A stretch of DNA of 38,730 bases from Phenylobacterium sp. Its GTDB lineage: Bacteria; Pseudomonadota; Alphaproteobacteria; Caulobacterales; Caulobacteraceae. The notes beneath the pieces are model-generated. The model did no database searches. It was given only the letters and a program-made list of their open reading frames with translations, and was not told where the DNA came from. The DNA lies in NCBI GenBank assembly GCA_036279815.1, contig DASUIJ010000206.1, positions 1-38,730 of the forward strand, read 5' to 3'. The position numbers were made by a program, and so were the translations under genes. Of this stretch, positions 35,111 through 38,730 are shown piece after piece; the stretch's first letter is position 1; every line of letters starts with the position of its first letter.

Positions 35111-35403
35111 CGTCTCTACCTGGCAGGCGGCGCGGGTTCGCAAGGGTTCCAGAGATAGGGTCTCCACCGGTCGGCGTCACCCCAAACCGCCGTGGAACGG
35201 ACGATCAGCGGGCATTGTGCGTCATATCGCCCCGATCCCTCGCGCCATAAGGGCCGCAACCGCCTTGGCAAGCCCCTACTGAGCGCGTATGCAGCCCGCG
35301 ATGGGCCGGGCCATGCGCGTGATTGCATGGGCCGATCCTCTATGACGTCGGCGGGGGCGATCGCTATCGGCGAGGCGCGGCCGGCCAAGCAGACCGAGGG
35401 GAC

Positions 35404-36399
35404 ATGAAGTCGAGGTTTCAAGGGATGCGGGCGTTGGCGGCCGGGGCCGCCGCGGGCGCAATGACGGCGTTCTGGGCGGTGTCCGCCCTGGCGCAAACGC
35501 CGGACAAGATCGGTCAGCCCACGCCGGGCGCGATCGATCTGCAACCGGGTGTCACGCCGCTGCGGCATGACGCCATTTTCTTCCACAACGCGATCCTGCT
35601 GCCGATCATCACGGCCATCACGCTGTTCGTGCTGGCGCTGCTGATCTGGATTGCCGTGCGCTACAACAAGCGCGCCAATCCGGTGCCGGCCAAGTGGAGC
35701 CACAACACGCCGATCGAGGTGATCTGGACGGTCCTGCCGGTCCTGATCCTGATGTTCATCGCGATCTTCTCGTTCAAGCTCCTGTTCGCCTATCACGACA
35801 TGCCCAAGCCCTACATGAGCATCAAGGCCACGGGTTACCAGTGGTACTGGGGCTACGAATATCCGGACCAGAAGATCGGCGAATTCGTCTCCAACATCCT
35901 CCCCGAGGATGAGGCCAAGGCGAAGGGCGTGCCCTTCAGGCTGGCCGCCACCGAGCCGCTGGTCGTTCCGGTGAACCAGGTGGTCCGGGTCTACGTGACC
36001 GGCGCCGACGTGATCCACGCCTTCGCCGTCCCGTCCTTCGGCATCATCACCGACGCCGTGCCCGGCCGGGTCAACGAGACCTGGTTCAAGGTTGACCGCC
36101 CGGGGATCTATTACGGATCCTGCCGCGAGCTCTGCGGCGTCGACCACGCCTTCATGCCGATCGAGGTTCACGCGGTCAGCCAGGCCGAGTTCGACGCCTG
36201 GGTCGCCTCCAAGGGCGGCACCAAGATCGGCGCGGCCCCGCCGCCGGCCGCTCCGGCTCCGGCCGCGACCGCCGTCGAAGGCGCCGCGGTTCCCGCCGCC
36301 GCCACCGCTCCCGCGGCCGCGGCTCCGGCCCCCACCGCCGCGGCTCCGGCCGCTGCGACCTCCAAGCCTGCGCCCGCTGCGGCGCCGGCTGCGAAATGA
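35404..36399 (+). CDS. ctaC: Cytochrome c oxidase subunit II
   Basis: IEVIWT, GYQWYWGYEY, DVIHAF, CuA motif CRELCGVDHAFM; signal peptide; RBS GAGGGG before MKSRFQ. Confidence 0.96.
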   Translation: MKSRFQGMRALAAGAAAGAMTAFWAVSALAQTPDKIGQPTPGAIDLQPGVTPLRHDAIFFHNAILLPIITAITLFVLALLIWIAVRYNKRANPVPAKWSHNTPIEVIWTVLPVLILMFIAIFSFKLLFAYHDMPKPYMSIKATGYQWYWGYEYPDQKIGEFVSNILPEDEAKAKGVPFRLAATEPLVVPVNQVVRVYVTGADVIHAFAVPSFGIITDAVPGRVNETWFKVDRPGIYYGSCRELCGVDHAFMPIEVHAVSQAEFDAWVASKGGTKIGAAPPPAAPAPAATAVEGAAVPAAATAPAAAAPAPTAAAPAAATSKPAPAAAPAAK

Positions 36400-36416
36400 T
36401 CTTAGGATAGCGTTCG

Positions 36417-38072
36417 ATGGCACACGCCGCCGCTCACGACACACATCACGATGACGACCACAAGCCGGGCTTCGTGGCCCGCTGGTTCTTCTCGACGAAC
36501 CACAAGGACATCGGCACCCTCTACATCCTCTTCGCCATTATGGCGGGGCTGGTGGGCGGCGCCCTGTCCGGCCTGATCCGCTGGGAGCTCATGGAGCCCG
36601 GCATCCAGGTCTTCACCAAGGGCAGCCTGCTCGACCAGCTCGGCGTCGTCGAGGCCTCCAAGCACGGCTACAACGCCGTGGTCACGGCCCACGCCCTGAT
36701 CATGATCTTCTTCATGGTCATGCCCGCCATGATCGGCGGGTTCGGCAACTGGTTCGTGCCGATCATGATCGGCGCGCCCGACATGGCCTTCCCGCGGATG
36801 AACAACATCTCGTTCTGGCTGCTGGTCGCCGCCTGGGTGATGCTGCTGACCTCGATGTTCGTCGACGGCGGCCCTGGCCGCGGCTTCGGCGGCGGCTGGA
36901 CGCTCTATCCGCCGCTCTCGACCAGCGGGCATACCGGCCCGGCCATGGACTGCGCCATCCTGTCGATCCACCTGGCCGGCGCCAGCTCGATCCTGGGCGC
37001 CATCAACTTCATCACCACGATCTTCAACATGCGCGCGCCGGGCATGACCCTGCACCGCATGCCGCTGTTCGTGTGGTCGATCCTGGTCACCGTCTTCCTG
37101 CTGCTGCTCTCGCTGCCCGTTCTGGCCGGCGCGATCACCATGCTGCTGACCGACCGCAACTTCCACACCCACTTCTTCGACGCCGCCGGCGGCGGAGACC
37201 CGGTCATGTACCAGCACCTGTTCTGGTTCTTCGGCCACCCCGAGGTGTACATCCTGATCCTGCCCGGCTTCGGGATGATCAGCCACATCGTCTCGACCTT
37301 CTCCAAGAAGCCCGTCTTCGGCTACCTCGCCATGGCCTACGCCATGGTGGCCATCGGCTTCATCGGCTTCGTCGTGTGGGCGCACCACATGTACACGGTG
37401 GGCATGCCCATCAACCTGCGGGCCTACTTCGTGGCCGCGACCATGGTCATCGCCGTGCCCACGGGCGTGAAGGTGTTCTCCTGGATCGCCACGATGTGGG
37501 GGGGTTCGATCGACTTCAAGACGCCCATGCTGTGGGCGATCGGCTTCATCTTCCTGTTCACCGTGGGCGGCGTCACCGGCGTCGTCCTGGCCAATGCGGG
37601 CATCGATTACAGCCTGCACGACACCTATTACGTGGTGGCCCACTTCCACTACGTCCTGAGCCTGGGCGCCGTTTTCGCGATCTTCGCCGGCTTCTACTAC
37701 TGGTTCGAGAAGATGTGGGGCGTGAAGTACAACGAGTTCCTCGGCTGCGCGCACTTCTGGGTCACGTTCGTCGGTGTGAACCTGATCTTCTTCCCGCAGC
37801 ACTTCCTGGGCCTGCAGGGCATGCCGCGCCGCTACGTCGACTATCCCGAGGCCTTCGCCTACTGGAACAAGGTGTCGACGATCGGCTACATGATCACCGC
37901 CGCCGGCGTGGTGATCTTCCTGGTGCTGCTGCTGGAATCGGCCATCCGCCGCCGCAAGGCCGAGGCCAATCCCTGGGGCGAAGGCGCGACCACCCTGGAG
38001 TGGACCCTGTCCTCTCCGCCGCCCTTCCACCAGTTCAGCGAACTGCCGGTGGTGAAGCCGGACCTGCACTAG
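36417..38072 (+). CDS. ctaD: Cytochrome c oxidase subunit I, A1 type
   Basis: [46 protein letters not shown]. Confidence 0.98.
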   Translation: MAHAAAHDTHHDDDHKPGFVARWFFSTNHKDIGTLYILFAIMAGLVGGALSGLIRWELMEPGIQVFTKGSLLDQLGVVEASKHGYNAVVTAHALIMIFFMVMPAMIGGFGNWFVPIMIGAPDMAFPRMNNISFWLLVAAWVMLLTSMFVDGGPGRGFGGGWTLYPPLSTSGHTGPAMDCAILSIHLAGASSILGAINFITTIFNMRAPGMTLHRMPLFVWSILVTVFLLLLSLPVLAGAITMLLTDRNFHTHFFDAAGGGDPVMYQHLFWFFGHPEVYILILPGFGMISHIVSTFSKKPVFGYLAMAYAMVAIGFIGFVVWAHHMYTVGMPINLRAYFVAATMVIAVPTGVKVFSWIATMWGGSIDFKTPMLWAIGFIFLFTVGGVTGVVLANAGIDYSLHDTYYVVAHFHYVLSLGAVFAIFAGFYYWFEKMWGVKYNEFLGCAHFWVTFVGVNLIFFPQHFLGLQGMPRRYVDYPEAFAYWNKVSTIGYMITAAGVVIFLVLLLESAIRRRKAEANPWGEGATTLEWTLSSPPPFHQFSELPVVKPDLH

Positions 38073-38095
38073 GTCCGGCCCCGCCAAGACTTCCT

Positions 38096-38133
38096 GAGGG
38101 GCGCGGGCTGGGACAATCCGGCGCGCGCCCTTC
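38096..38133 (+). other. Intercistronic GC-rich stem-loop between ctaD and ctaB
   Basis: GAGGGGCGCG...CGCGCCCTTC outer stem with GCTGG/CCGGC inner stem; no U-tract. Confidence 0.45.
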
Positions 38134-38154
38134 GAGTTTCAAGAGAGTAGAAGT

Positions 38155-38730
38155 ATGGCGATGCCCGCCGCCGTCACCAGAGCCGCCATGCCTGCCCGCT
38201 GGCAGGACTTCCTTCAGCTGATGAAGCCGCGGGTGATGTCGCTGGTGGTGTTCACCGCGATCACCGGCATGGTGTGCGCGGGCAAGCCCATCAACCCGAT
38301 CCTTGGCGCCGTCGCCATCCTCTGCATCGCCGTGGGCGCCGGCGCCTCGGCCGCGCTCAACATGTGGTACGACGCCGACATCGACGCGAAGATGCGCCGC
38401 ACCCGCGGCCGGCCGGTGCCGGCGGGCAGGGTCCAGGGCGCCGACGCGCTGGCGCTGGGCGTCGTGCTGTCGCTCTTCTCGGTGATGATGCTGGGCATGA
38501 CGGTGAACTGGCTGGCGGCGGGCCTGCTGGCCTTCACCATCGTCTTCTACGCCGTCGTCTACACGATGTGGCTCAAGCGCTGGACGACGCAGAACATCGT
38601 CATCGGCGGCCTGGCCGGGGCGCTGCCGCCGGTGATCGGCTGGGCTGCGGCCACGGGGACAACCCCGCTGAACGCCTGGCTCCTCTGCGCCATCATCTTC
38701 ATGTGGACGCCGCCGCACTTCTGGGCGCTG
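38155..38730 (+). CDS. ctaB: Protoheme IX farnesyltransferase (heme O synthase), 5' part, runs off the window edge
   Basis: Manual translation: [34 protein letters not shown]...[19 protein letters not shown]...[13 protein letters not shown]...WTPPHFWAL. Confidence 0.95.
   Translation, partial: MAMPAAVTRAAMPARWQDFLQLMKPRVMSLVVFTAITGMVCAGKPINPILGAVAILCIAVGAGASAALNMWYDADIDAKMRRTRGRPVPAGRVQGADALALGVVLSLFSVMMLGMTVNWLAAGLLAFTIVFYAVVYTMWLKRWTTQNIVIGGLAGALPPVIGWAAATGTTPLNAWLLCAIIFMWTPPHFWAL

Noticed and set aside
1145-38221. Many long antisense or alternate-frame ORFs (e.g. 1145-2875+, 6817-8760-, 9636-11396+, 17146-19101-, 19169-21142-, 29498-31432+, 31643-33631+, 36402-38087-)
   Set aside because: Shadow ORFs expected in high-GC DNA. 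They overlap well-supported genes and show no motifs.
1-38730. tRNA, rRNA, IS/transposase, integrase, prophage or defence-system genes
   Set aside because: No recognisable motifs, terminal inverted repeats or cloverleaf sequences were found by eye. Small ncRNAs cannot be excluded without an Rfam/Infernal search.

Overview
GC-rich alphaproteobacterial chromosomal segment with Caulobacteraceae-like gene content and order (probably Phenylobacterium or a relative; this is an inference). The core backbone is a lipid A cluster (msbA, DUF374/lpxJ-like gene, divergent ctpA-like phosphatase), DUF4170-cysQ-pmbA, ubiD, ubiA, rsmE-gshA, a POT peptide transporter, tldD, and the start of the aa3 cytochrome c oxidase operon (ctaC-ctaD-ctaB). 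Accessory genes sit between these: CDF transporter, PNPOx-like protein, orphan Phd-like gene, GGT, trypsin-like protease, VOC/MmcA-like gene, lysine methyltransferase, desaturase, P450, two paralogous ABC exporters, YcaQ, PPK2, a CYTH pseudogene and two paralogous TonB-dependent receptors. The most notable structure not covered by the ORF track is at 17025-21124. It consists of a clean sigma70 promoter, a strong-RBS 17-codon leader ORF (MIAIATNDLRRVARPRF, with rare CGA codons), and a structured C-rich spacer. These are followed by ABC exporter 1, a 78-aa ORF overlapping both neighbours by ATGA, and ABC exporter 2. This looks like a ribosome-sensing, attenuation-controlled efflux system. Other regulatory signals read from the sequence: a LexA SOS box before the VOC gene, a FixK/FNR-like box before the PNPOx gene, UzcR m_5-like boxes before both TonB receptors, and several probably leaderless genes. 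No rRNA, tRNA, CRISPR array or IS element was seen. All calls come from manual reading; no database search was run.
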